Source: Octopus sinensis
Lineage: Eukaryota
Length of the DNA: 64,000 nucleotides
Reading direction: 5' to 3'
Assembly (NCBI RefSeq): GCF_006345805.1
Contig: NC_043002.1
Span: forward strand, 59,520,001 to 59,584,000
The notes beneath the pieces are model-generated. The model saw only the letters and a program-made list of their open reading frames with translations. It ran no database searches and was not told the origin of the DNA. The translations under genes were made by a program, and so were the position numbers. Below, in pieces: positions 1 to 12,040 of the stretch. The stretch's first letter is position 1; every line of letters starts with the position of its first letter.

Positions 1-344
1 GCACAGCTACAAACATTATTAAAGCGACTAAGAGTGCAAACCCGAATTGCTAGAAATAAGAGTTAAAGCAACTTTTGATATCTCTAGCAATGTTGGTGCC
101 GATTAGCACGCTAAGTCGCTTCAGAGGCGTTTCTTTTTCTTGTGACTTTTGGGTTTTTAATTGCGTCTAACCACGTGGATATTTTTTTAATTTTCCCCTT
201 ACTATTTTACGGAATCAACAAGTAATTCTTCTTGTATGTTCTATAAACAGAAAAGGCGAGTTCATTTTAACTCTAGGCAGCTGAATATCATTCATGAGGA
301 TTTATTAAACCCTCGCTCATTTGTCAGTAAATATATACATATAT

Positions 345-468
345 ACCACTGTGATCACCGTGACCGACCAGGCTATCAGATGTTGGTACACATCGCTGGT
401 CACAATGCACTTCGCATTATTTTAGCCTTCAAATTACGCCACCTCGCTGGCTAAGCGAACAGGCCAAT
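345..468 (-). mobile_element. 3' fragment of a tRNA-headed SINE (same family as 54697-54995)
   Basis: Reverse complement of 54870-54995 (GTGATCACCGTGACCGACCAGGCTATCAGATGTTG...GCTGGCTAAGCGA); ends at a (TA)n tract. Confidence 0.8.
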
Positions 469-492
469 ATATATATATGTATATATATAATC

Positions 493-524
<32 letters not shown>

Positions 525-571
525 ATATATAAATAAATGAAAGAATGGAGTTGAACGACGATTTAACAAAA

Positions 572-670
572 TCCTTTATTCTCGACATATGTTTCGAAGA
601 CTGCATATTCCTAATTTCGAAGGAATAAGGGGTGCATTATGCCGCCTTCTCATCAGGAAAGACAAGGAAC
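572..670 (-). ncRNA. Mirror-image copy of the same hammerhead motif
   Basis: TCATCAG at 650-656 and GACATATGTTTC at 584-595 on + give CTGATGA and GAAACATATGTC on -. Confidence 0.82.
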
Positions 671-708
671 TTATGATGAACAAAAACTTTATCATGATGC
701 TGACATAA

Positions 709-808
709 GTTCCTTGTCTTTCCTGATGAGAAGGCGGCATAATGCACCCCTTATTCCTTCGAAATTAGGAATATGCAGTCTTCGAAACATATGTCGAGAA
801 TAAAGGAA
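709..808 (+). ncRNA. Type I hammerhead ribozyme motif (Penelope-like, palindromic helix III)
   Basis: CTGATGA 723-729; helix II GAAGGC 730-735 / GTCTTC 778-783; GAAA 784-787; palindrome ACATATGT 787-794; GUC triplet 793-795; bulged helix I TTCCTTGTCTTTC / GAGAATAAAGGAA. Confidence 0.85.
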
Positions 809-1090
809 TTTTGTTAAATCGTCGTTCAACTCCATTCTTTCATTTATTTGTATTAAAAAAAAACACACAAATTTCCACACGAAAGCACGTGATCTCGGCC
901 CTTGGCATGTAGCTTCAACCGTGTTTTTCTGACGTGAATTTGCTACCCGGGTATCGGTTAACCGAATTATCCATACTAGGATAATTCATTCAACTACTTA
1001 TATATATATATATATATATATGTACATAAAACAACAGTAACTATACAGAGAACGACTCTTCATCACTTGTTGGCTAATTTTCTACTCTTG

Positions 1091-1104
1091 TATTTCGAGC
1101 ATTT

Positions 1105-1168
<64 letters not shown>

Positions 1169-1230
1169 GTATAGATGTTTGTACATATACGTATGTATTT
1201 ATGCATATATATATATATATATATATATAC

Positions 1231-1295
<65 letters not shown>

Positions 1296-1296
1296 C
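1091..1296. repeat. (TA)n followed by (GA)n microsatellite
   Basis: Direct reading. Confidence 0.97.
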
Positions 1297-1297
1297 G

Positions 1298-1808
1298 AAA
1301 AGAACTTGATTTAAATCTGCGTGAGAGATATACGGAAACAGTACCAAATATGTTTATATTGCAACAGAATGTGGCAGTCCTACAACGGACAATTTTGCGA
1401 ATGCTATACGGACAGAAAGTGTGTGTTGATAACCAGCCGGAAAAGATGTTTTCCTGGGGCTATGGCAACAGGAAAATCGTCAGTAGTAGGACTGCCATAT
1501 TCTGTTAGCATATAAACATTACTATTTGGTACTGTTCCTGTATATCTTTCACGCAGAGATTTAAAACAAGTCGTTTTTCTTTAAAGGAGATCAGTGGCTG
1601 TGCGTCGCTTAAAAAATATACAGCATTTGCGAGTAGAGAAAACCCGTGTCTGTGAGTATCACGGAAGACTAGAGAAGGGAGTGATGTCCTCCCTTGCGAG
1701 TGCTGTGTCGTTAGCCAGCTGGAAAAGATGTTTTCCTGGGTCTAGGGCAGGCAACAGTAACTTCGTCCTTTATAGGACTGCCACATTCTGTTGCCATATA
1801 AACATTAC
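1298..1808. repeat. Compound inverted plus direct repeat unit
   Basis: About 1298-1384 is inverted relative to about 1486-1579; 1433-1520 recurs directly at 1715-1808 (offset 282). Confidence 0.85.
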
Positions 1809-2013
1809 AACACACACATACACACATATATATATAAGAAATTAAAAAAGGAAAATACATATATAAAATATATAAATATATAAAGAATGAGAAGAGAGGG
1901 GGTAACTTTTATTTCAATCTTATTAATAATGTTTACGGTCAGTTACTCTGACATGGAGTTTCGAGATTCAAGTAGCCGTTTTCTAACTGAAAAATGTTTT
2001 ACTGGTTGCTTAG

Positions 2014-2014
2014 A

Positions 2015-2073
<59 letters not shown>

Positions 2074-2101
2074 TCACCACCACCACCACCACTACTATTA
2101 A

Positions 2102-2166
<65 letters not shown>

Positions 2167-2400
2167 TCAATGCAAAACAAGTATAACAAGTTCAGAACGA
2201 TGATGATTTTAGGTGATAACGACGATGACGATGATGGTGGTGCTGGTGTGGTGGTGGTGGTAATAGTGACGATGATGATAGTAGTGATGATGATGACGAT
2301 GACGATGATGATGGTGATGGTGCTGATAATGATGATAGTGATGATGATGATGATGATGATGATGACAGTAACGATAATCATGATCACAAATACGATGACG
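2014..2400. repeat. (ACT)n/(ACC)n then (GAT)n trinucleotide tracts
   Basis: Direct reading; source of the poly-T, poly-V and poly-M ORFs. Confidence 0.97.
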
Positions 2401-2707
2401 ATGAATGGGGCTTAACGACCATGACATCGACACTCTCATTTGCGTTGACGCAGAGAGAGAACTCCTTCTGCTCCTGTCGCTGCTGCTGCTGCAGCTGCAG
2501 ATGATGATGTAAAGGAGGAGATGAAGGCGAAGGAGGCGATGCAAGAGGTAAAAATCAATGATTGCAAATGAATGTCACAAGCAATTTTCAATAATAACAC
2601 TTTCACTCAGACGACGAAGCCACGTTGACGATCATCCATAGCGAGGTGAAGGAAGAGATGGAGGAAGTGCAGGAGGTGCAAGAACACCAAGAGTAGTAGT
2701 AGTAGTA

Positions 2708-2746
<39 letters not shown>

Positions 2747-3080
2747 GAGGAGGAGGAGGAGATTTAAATGCAGGAAGGAGAGCAAAAAACAAACAAAAAA
2801 AAAGAAACACACGCCAAAGAAAGGAACATGTTGAAATAATTCATGATGGAAGTCAAAAAAATATCAACACGAAAAGAAAAAAAATGGCAACAACAGCAGT
2901 AAGAGTCAGAAGACTGGCAACAGTTGCATAAACAAGGAAAAAGTCCATCGGTGTTGGTGGTTGATGGTTTTGAAGACGAGAGAAGAAATGTCAGTTCGTT
3001 GGTGCGAAGAAAATGTGATAAAGATTTCAATTTACAATGCAATAGTTGGAATACAATGCAGAAGGAATCGCATTAGATAT

Positions 3081-3545
3081 AGGCGAAGGAGTGGGTGGGT
3101 GGGAAGGAGATTGCTTACCAACCGCATGGATCAGGGTTCAGTCCCACTGCGAGGCACCTTGGGCGAGTGTTGTCTACTATAGACTCGGGCCGACAAAATC
3201 CTTGTGGGTGGATTTGGTAAAGAGAAACAAAAAGAATCCCATCGTATATATATGTATATATATATATATTATATATATATAATATATATATATATATATG
3301 TGGTGTGTGTGTGTGTGTGTATGTGTGTGTGTGTGTATGTGTGTGTGTGTGTGTGTATTTGTCCCCCTGCCATCGCTTGACAACCGATGTTGGTGTGCTT
3401 ACGTCACTGTAACTTAGTGGTTCGGCAAAACAGACCGATGGAATAAGTCTTAGGCTTCCAAAGAATAAATCCTAGAGTAGATTTCTTGGCTAAAGGTGCT
3501 CCACCATGGTTACAGTCAAATGACTGAAACAAGAAAAGTAATAAA
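3081..3545 (+). mobile_element. SINE family A (tRNA-like head, central TA/TG microsatellite, conserved 3' half)
   Basis: Head ...GGGTTCAGTCCCACTGCG.GGCACCTTGGGC...CTACTATAG; 3' half TTGACAACCGATG...GGTTCGGCAAAA...GGTGCTCCA.CATGG; about 20 homologues in the window. Confidence 0.88.
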
Positions 3546-3574
3546 ATAATAAAAGGATATATATTTACTCTCTT

Positions 3575-3791
3575 TACTCTTTTACTTGTTTCAGTCATTT
3601 GACTGCGGCCATGCTGGAGCACCGCCTTTAGTCGAGCAAATCGACCCCGGGACTTATTCTTTGTAAGCCCAGTACTTATTCTATCGGTCTCTTTTGCCGA
3701 ACCGCTAAGTGACGGGGACGTAAACACACCAGCATCGGTTGTCAAGCAATGCTAGGGGGACAAACACAGACACACAAACACAGACACACAA

Positions 3792-3828
<37 letters not shown>

Positions 3829-3988
3829 CATATATACGACAGGCTTCTTTCAGTTTCCGTCTACCAAATCCACTCACAAGGCATTGGTCGGCCCGGGTCT
3901 ATAGCAGAAGACACTTGCTCAAGATGCCACGCAGTGGGACTGAACCCGCAACCATGTGGTTGGTTAGCAAGCTACTTACCACACAGTT
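3575..3988 (-). mobile_element. SINE family A, full length, near-identical to 59990-60395
   Basis: Long identical runs shared with the 60 kb copy. Confidence 0.92.
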
Positions 3989-4171
3989 ATTATTAAAACT
4001 GCTAAGAATATCCCTAAAAAATGCTACTCGGAGTTTCATATTCGTGTTCATCGGCCGTTGCGATCCAGAATCCCAGTCTCTTTTTTGTGATAGATTTGTG
4101 AGTGAATATTACTCTACTTTATTACTTTATGCATATATGCACACAAACTCATACATATATGGGTATAGGAA

Positions 4172-4597
<426 letters not shown>

Positions 4598-4671
4598 AAT
4601 ATAAATAATATATAATAATAATATTAATAATATATATATTATTTATATTATTACTTGATTGATTTCCAATT

Positions 4672-4719
<48 letters not shown>

Positions 4720-4825
4720 GTATATATATGAGTAGCTATATGAAAGCATTGTTGCTGTTAAAAGCAGTTATAATGAGGTGGTTAGCAAGACTTCTACCAT
4801 AATAGGTATAATATTTGAATAACAG

Positions 4826-5207
4826 AAGGGTAAAAATACCATTTGCCAAAGATGAAAGCGACAGCTTTAAAACCCACCAATCCTACCATAAATACACACA
4901 CAAGCCTATCTTCAGGATGGAATTTGAAGATAATGTACATATCCCAATATCAATTGATTTCATGCTGTGCATGAGAAAACATGCTTTGCATCTGACTACC
5001 TCCAACTGAAGATTGCAAAGCTTGTTTTCTCATGCACAGCATGAAATCAATTGATATTGGGATATGTACATTATCTTTAAATTCCATCCTGAAGGTAGGA
5101 CTTTTTTTTTAAAGTGTTCATTGCATTGCTTGTGTGTGTATTTATCGTAGGATTGGTGGGTTTTAAAGCCTTCCCTTTCATCTTTGGCAAGCGGTATTTT
5201 TATCCTT
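4826..5207. repeat. Long imperfect inverted repeat (arms about 165 and 195 bp, spacer about 16 nt)
   Basis: 4826-4993 is the reverse complement of 5010-5207; the right arm has an insertion of about 28 nt near 5100-5128. Confidence 0.95.
5001..5061 (+). ncRNA. Type I hammerhead ribozyme motif with palindromic helix III
   Basis: TCCAA 5001-5005 / TTGGG 5057-5061 (helix I); CTGAAGA 5006-5012; TGC/GCA helix II closed by a U-U mismatch; GAAA 5043-5046; palindrome ATCAATTGAT 5046-5055; A17 at 5056. Confidence 0.7.
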
Positions 5208-5220
5208 TATATATATATAG

Positions 5221-6312
5221 TCACCAGCAAAAGTCACCAGCGGTGTCCCCCAGGGGACTGTTTTGGGTCCGCTACTCTTCATAATCTACATAAACGACCT
5301 TTCCAGTGTCGTACATTACTGCAAAGTGAAAATACTTGCTGATGACACCAAGCTCCAGCAAATCGTCAATGAAGAAGCAGACCGAACTCAACTCCAGTCT
5401 GATCTATATGCTGTGAGTCAATGGGTAGACAGAAACAAAATGCAACTGAACGAGGGAAAATTTGAGCTGATGCATTTTGGAAGAAATTCCTCACTAAAAC
5501 AGCCATACTCTCTTCCTTCAGGGGAACCGCTCACAGCCTCTAACAATATCAGAGACCTGGGTGTAATTGTTGATGACGATCTCAGTTGGAGTGCACACAT
5601 CAACAAGAAGGTCGATATAGCTCGTAGGGTGAGTTCCTGGATCTTAAGAACTTTCCGGTCCTGAGAACAAGGTGTCATCATATCACTCTTCTCCTTTGTA
5701 CGGCCACACCTCGAATACTGCTGCCCGCTGTGGTCTCCCCATACAAGACAAAACATCTCGAGGATTGAATCACCCCAGAGAGCACTCACTAAACGAATTG
5801 AAGGCATGGCTGCTCTCGATTATTGGGATCGCCTTAAAGCCTTGAAACTCTACTCTCTCCAGCGTCGCCGTGAGCGGTACATCATTTGTACGATGTGGAG
5901 AATATACCGCCAACTTTGTCCAAACGACCTGAACATAAGCTTCAAGGTTCATCCAAGACTGTGACCACGGGCCATACGTCCCCTGCCCAATTCAAGATCA
6001 CAGCATACATGTACACTGCAACATAATTTCTTTTCCTCAACAGGCCCTGCCCTATTTAACATTGTTCCGAAAGAGATCAAAGAGGAACAGGATCCCATTA
6101 ACTTTAAACGGAGTCTGGATAGATTCCTTCAAAGAATACCAGATAAGCCACCCATAATTGGATACAACTCACCCAACAAAAACTCACTACTTGAATGGAC
6201 CATAAGCAAAACTTGACTTAAACAGGATTCAGATAATCCTATTAGGTGGTGCTATTAAGTTAGACATGGCCTGGACCAATCATTGGTCGAAACACATCTA
6301 AGTTTATCTAAG
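5221..6312 (+). mobile_element. 5'-truncated CR1-group LINE (RT C-terminal half plus 3' UTR), two premature stops
   Basis: One frame reads SGVPQGTVLGPLLFIIYINDL...ADDTKL...RPHLEYCCPLWSPH; TGA at 5662 and 5962; terminal TGA 6214-6216; the 3' end recurs at 47313-47606. Confidence 0.93.
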
Positions 6313-6339
<27 letters not shown>

Positions 6340-6349
<10 letters not shown>

Positions 6350-6780
6350 AAATTGGACAAGAACGCAAGACATCCAGCCAGTTAGATGATACAAAAAAAG
6401 GGACAACAAAACATCCAGATAGACAATACAAAGGAAAGAAGGACGGGTCATTCGGAGTTTTCTTTCTTCAGTCGAGTTCCAGATTCTCTTTGCAATTTCG
6501 GCTCGTTATACTCGAGATTGCTCCAGTCCAGTCAGCCCCAAGGAAAAACTAAACTAAGAGCATTGGATTCCTAGGAAGAATGCAGCGAATGTATACGAAA
6601 ACAAGGACGGAAAAAACAGAGAATGTTACACAAATACAAATAACGGGAGATAACAACAGGTGCCTTTCGTCTAAGTATGAATTAAATTAAGCTGGTGTGT
6701 GTGGAAATAAAGCCTTACGGCAGTGATACAAGGTTTCACAGGCACAAGGAGGAATAGAGATGTTGCACGGACGACGGCCG
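6340..6780 (-). mobile_element. Divergent copy of the rearranged-hammerhead repeat family
   Basis: Homologous to 17905-18745 and 32946-34059; minus strand reads GAGCAATC-TCGAGT...GAGCC-GAAATTGC...ACTCGA-CTGAAGA (6465-6521). Confidence 0.8.
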
Positions 6781-6781
6781 A

Positions 6782-6960
6782 ACCAAGAAAAAAAGATCAG
6801 GCTTGGCCGTCCCCGTAACTTAACGCTTAGGCAGAAGAAACCGATAGAATAAGTACGAGGCTTACAAAAAAATAAGTCTAGGGGGCGAATTCTTCGACTA
6901 AAAAGGCGGTGCTCCAGCATGGCTCTAGTCAAATGAATAAAACAAGTAAAAGAATAAAAA
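6782..6960 (+). mobile_element. SINE family A, 3' half
   Basis: GTCCCCGTAACTTA...CCGATAGAATAAGTAC...GGCGGTGCTCCAGCATGG. Confidence 0.85.
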
Positions 6961-7006
6961 AATACTGAAATGAGACTATGCTTTGCTACGAATCGTCGCT
7001 TGATTA

Positions 7007-7430
7007 TCATTCATATACATGCGTTGTGCATACATTTAAAGGTTTTTCCCTTTCCGGAATAATGCTTCCAGCATCTCTGTTACGTGCTCGGGATGATAGC
7101 AAAGTCTGCGCATTTCTCATTTGAGATAAATGTTTACGTTTTTCTTTGAGAATTATGCAGACAGTTGACGAGTTAAGTGAAAATTTGTCACGAATGTTTT
7201 TCACAGTTGTACAGCCATCGTGCATTTTTACAATTTCATACTTCGTTTCCAAAGTGATAGCGTTTCGTTTCTTTTTCTCTCCGTCGGTGTCCGTTGTACA
7301 CTTTCGTTTAGACATATTGGGCGGGTTTTAAAAAATGCCGAAAATATTAGTGTGAATAAACATATACGATCTAAAAATGTGGCGCGAAAAATTAGCTTAC
7401 AATAATCTCTTTCAACAAAACGGAAGCGCA
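7007..7430 (-). mobile_element. Tigger/pogo-type transposase N-terminal remnant (CENP-B-like HTH)
   Basis: ORF 7315-7007: KKKRNAITLETKYEIVKMHDGCTTVKNIRDKFSLNSSTVCIILKEKRK resembles the psq-type HTH of Tigger transposases; no DDE domain. Confidence 0.75.
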
Positions 7431-7659
7431 AATTAACACATGGAAATTTTATGAGGCCATTTTACTCCTTCCTATATGCAGCTGCGTAGCTGCGCCAGAA
7501 CCACAGTTACCACATGTTACAACGTTGCCACACACACAATATGACTGCTTAACATTTTTATATTGATTATAGAATAAAGATTGTAAACCTGGGGTCTCTT
7601 CAGGGAGGTCCTCGTAAAGTGACGTATTGCTGTATGTATAAATTTATATATTCTTTTTT

Positions 7660-8030
7660 GTTTTACTTGTTTCACTCGTATGACTGCGGCTATGCTGGGG
7701 CACCGCTTTTAGTCGAACAAACTGCTCGCAGAACTTATTATTTGTAAGCCAGCTACTTTATTTTATCGGTTCTATTGCCGAACCGCTAAGGTATGAGAAC
7801 GTAAACACACCAACATTGTTTGTCAAGCGATGTAGGGGGACAAAAACAAACACAAACACATATATATGACGGGCTTCTTTCAGTTTCCGTCTACCAAATC
7901 CACTCACAAGGCTTTGGTCGGCCCGACACTATAGTAGAAGACACTTGCCCAAGGTGCCACACAGTGGGACTGAACCTAGAACCATGTGGTTGGAAAGCAA
8001 GCTTCCTACCACACATCCACTCCCGCGCCT
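7660..8030 (-). mobile_element. SINE family A
   Basis: Homology to 3575-3988. Confidence 0.87.
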
Positions 8031-8048
8031 ATATATATATATATTTAA

Positions 8049-8095
<47 letters not shown>

Positions 8096-8146
8096 TATAT
8101 ATATGTGTATGTATACACACACACAACACACACAAAGACACACACA

Positions 8147-8187
<41 letters not shown>

Positions 8188-8547
8188 TATATATGTATAT
8201 ATATATATTATATATATATATATATATACCTACACACATACATATAAATATGCACACATATATAAATGCAAAATCATATATTCCCATTTATAAACATACA
8301 TACATACAAATATATATGCGTGTGTGCGTGTGTGTGTGTGTAAGTGTGTGTATGTTTGTATATACGTATATATACGTATGTGTAGAGATGTGCATGTATA
8401 CATATATAGTGTATATATTGATACATTTTGTTTATCTCTCTGTCTGTTTGTCCTTCTGTCTTTCTCTCTGACTTTCTATCTATCTGTCCACGACCCACAC
8501 CACCACACATGTGTGTATATGTGTGTTATTATACACGCATATACTTT

Positions 8548-8621
<74 letters not shown>

Positions 8622-9248
8622 AGTATAATGGAGCCATCTTTGTTACGATGTAAGCTTTCACAGCTTCATTACTGGAAATACATGCAAGACAACTTCAAAT
8701 AGATAGTTTCCAATTTATTTGAAGAACGCCGTTAGCTGGAATGAAACTAGAGTAATGAAGCTGTGAAATTTTAAGTCTCAGCATGCTAATAAACAGCTAC
8801 AATTCACTACAGATACTTAGTAACTTAGTTGTCTCGGCCTGCTTTAAAATTCTACTAACATTTCGCATATATATATGTCTATGTTAATATATGCCTGTGT
8901 ATATATATATTTATTTATGTATGTATGTGTTCATATATGTGGGTATATGTATGGATATGTAATTATGCATTCAAATATGAATATGTCTAAAAATGCATAG
9001 GCAGTTATATGCGCGCGCTCAAATATGTATATTTGTGTATATTTGCGTATTTAAAAATGTATATATCTATATGTACATATATGTATATATATATATATAC
9101 ATATACATATATTTATGTGTATATATATGTGTGTACGTGTGTGTGTGTGTGTGTGTGTGTGTGCATGTGCGTGTGCTTTCACATACACACGCATACACAT
9201 ATATGTATGTATGTAGGTATGTATGTATGTATCTATCTATCTATCTAC

Positions 9249-9280
<32 letters not shown>

Positions 9281-9692
9281 TATATATATCGAGGTCTCAT
9301 GCTTTTCTTCTTCTTCATCTTTTCTCCTCCTCCTCCTTCTTCTTATTTCACGTACATACATACATATATACATACATACATACATACATACGTACATACA
9401 TATACATACATGCAATCATACATATACATACATACATATACACTCTGATGCATATAAACATGTAAAGCTGCAAAAGCGCTGCCCATACAAATACCATAGA
9501 GATATATAACCATACCTGCACCACACATACACACACGCATACACACACGCTCACACCGATCACTAAGAAATAGTGAAATATTTCATACTTCTGTGAAATA
9601 TTATGCGTATCTACATGCAGTTCTTTCGACACACACACACATACATATACGCGTATATATGTGTGTGTATATATGCACACCTACATATTGTG

Positions 9693-9740
<48 letters not shown>

Positions 9741-9979
9741 AAAAGAATCTGGTGCAAACCGCGCGCACATACAGATGCACACAGTGTAAACCTATCAACT
9801 CTGTAGCACTTCAGTTGCATTACACAGAGTTTCTCGAAGAATTTTTGGGTGCGGTTTTTTTGAAAATACACAACCCATTTAGTTTAATTACAGCTTACTC
9901 TTTTACTCTAGTTGTTGATCTTGTTCGTGGTGTTCAGCATTTTCTATATCGTCATTATCAGCATCATCTTTTAGCAGTA

Positions 9980-10043
9980 TTAGTAGTAGTAGTAGTATTT
10001 CAAGTATTGTTACCATTATTATTATCATCAGTATTATTATAAA

Positions 10044-10100
<57 letters not shown>

Positions 10101-10112
10101 TATTATTATTAC

Positions 10113-10158
<46 letters not shown>

Positions 10159-10560
10159 GTTGTTGTTATTATTGTTGTCGCTGTTGTTGTTATTATTATT
10201 ATTATTAGTAGTAGTAGTAGTAGCTGTTGATGGTATTGATATCAGTTACCGTCATCACCATCACCACCAACACCACTACCACCACCACCAGTAGCAGCAC
10301 CACTACCATCATCGTCCTCATCGTGTTTTACTTCTTGTATTAGTAGCTGTTGTTGTAGATGATGATGATGCTGTTGATGTTAGTTATCATCTTCAACATC
10401 ATGTACACCACTTCCAGTTCCATCACCACCACTACCACCATCACCATCATCATCATGACCATGATCATCATTCTGATCATCATGATCATCATCTTAATCA
10501 TCATCATCTTGAGCGTCATATTCTTTTTGTTGTAGTAGCTGTTGTTGTTGTTATCGCAAT
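9980..10560. repeat. (ATT)n, (GTT)n, (ACC)n and (ATC)n trinucleotide mosaic
   Basis: Direct reading. Confidence 0.95.
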
Positions 10561-11164
10561 CGTTGTTGTTCTTCTACTTCTAAGTGCACCTAATGAAATA
10601 TATAAATGTATGGACATTTTCAAAAATGGCGGATCATTGAAGCCATTAGACGCCATTAAGCATTAAGGGTTCTTCTTTATATTTTATTTCATCGTTTTAT
10701 AATTTTTTATTTTATTTTCTTTGGTACGAACGAGCGAAGGAACGAAAATATAAAAGCCAACAGACAAAAAAAAAGGAATAAAAAGCCACAAAACAAAGGA
10801 AAAGAACCAACAAATATATAAAAAAAAACTGAAAGAAAATAAAAAAAAGCAAAACGAAATCAAATTAGATGCAAATGTAAGAAACCGGAATTAACCGAAC
10901 ATAATTTTTTTCTAAGTTGAAGATGGATCAAATATGTCAAAATTTCGTTGGGAAAAATCTATTTCAGGGACATTTTAATTTTTTTTTTATAAAATTATTT
11001 AAAATTATTTAGAAATTTTGGTTGTAATTTTATGATTTCTGTTATAACTTTTAATTATAATCCTGGATATCAATTAGATTACTGACTGTGTAAAACAAAA
11101 ACGAAAAAAAAAAATACAAAAACAAAAAAAAGAAAAGAAGAAAAAGAAAAAAGAAATAAGAGAA

Positions 11165-11630
11165 TGGTGTTTCATTGTGATAATGATAATGGTAATGATG
11201 AAGATGGTGGTGGTGGTGGCGGTGATGATGATGATGATGATGAAGATGTTCTTGCTGACGGTGTTGATCATAATGAAGATGATGGTGATAATGATAATAG
11301 TGCTGAGGGAAGTGATAAGTGTGATGGTCATAATGGAATATTGGTGATGATGGAGCCACTTCTGTTGTTGTGGATGATGTTGATGATAGTGGTGGTGACG
11401 ATGATGATGATGATAATGGTGATGATGATGAAGATGACGACGACGATGGTAATGATGATGATGATGAAGATGACGGTAATAAGATAATAGATATGATGAT
11501 GGCGATAACGCGGAGGATGATGATACTAATGATGGTGATGATGATAAGGATGATGTTAATAGTACTGATAGTAATGGCAAATATGATGATGATTATGATG
11601 ATGAAAGTAGTACTGGGTATAATGATAATA
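11165..11630. repeat. Degenerate (GAT)n tract
   Basis: Direct reading. Confidence 0.93.
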
Positions 11631-11642
11631 TTTATATAGATG

Positions 11643-12040
11643 AAGGCGACGAGCTTGCAGAAACGTTTTCACGCCGGGCGAAATGCTTAGCAGTATTTCG
11701 TCTGCCGTTACGTTCTGAGTTCAAATTCCGCCGAGGTAGACTTTGCCTTTCATCCTTTCGGGGTCGATTAAATAAGTACCAGTTACGTACTGGAGTCGAT
11801 ATAATCGAGTTAATCCGTTTGTCTGTCGTTGTTCGTCTCCTCTGAGTTTAGCCCCTTGTGAGTAGTAAAGAAATAAGTATTTCGGGTGTCTTTACGTTCT
11901 GAGTTCAAATTCTGCCAAGGTCAACTTTGCCTTTCATCCTGTCGGGGCCGATAAATTAAGTACCAGTTGCGTACAGAGGTCGATTTAATCGGCTTGCCCC
12001 CTACCACGAAATTTCGGGCTTTGTGTCTAGAGTAGAAAAG
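11643..12040 (+). mobile_element. SINE family B (GGCGACGAGC.GCAGAA head, repeated GGGGTCGAT) with internal duplication
   Basis: TTCTGAGTTCAAATTCCGCCGAGGT.GACTTTGCCTTTCATCC occurs twice; same layout as 22938-23280. Confidence 0.88.

Larger units (their letters stand above)
531..849. repeat. Near-perfect inverted repeat, 145/146 bp arms, 28 nt spacer
   Basis: 531-675 is the reverse complement of 704-849 apart from one extra A near 807. Confidence 0.97.

Noticed and set aside
761-775. Alternative hammerhead using GAAA at 761-764 with helix II GAAGG/CCTTC
   Set aside because: No downstream UH plus helix I partner; GAAA at 784-787 gives a complete fold.
1887-2013. Signal-peptide-like ORF start MRREGVTFISILLIMF, read as a mucin
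   Set aside because: The Thr run is an (ACT)n microsatellite and there is no supporting exon structure.
10620-10640. YY1-like AAAATGGCGG as a promoter (similar motifs near 45050 and 63245)
   Set aside because: Isolated short motifs with no CpG island or other promoter evidence.
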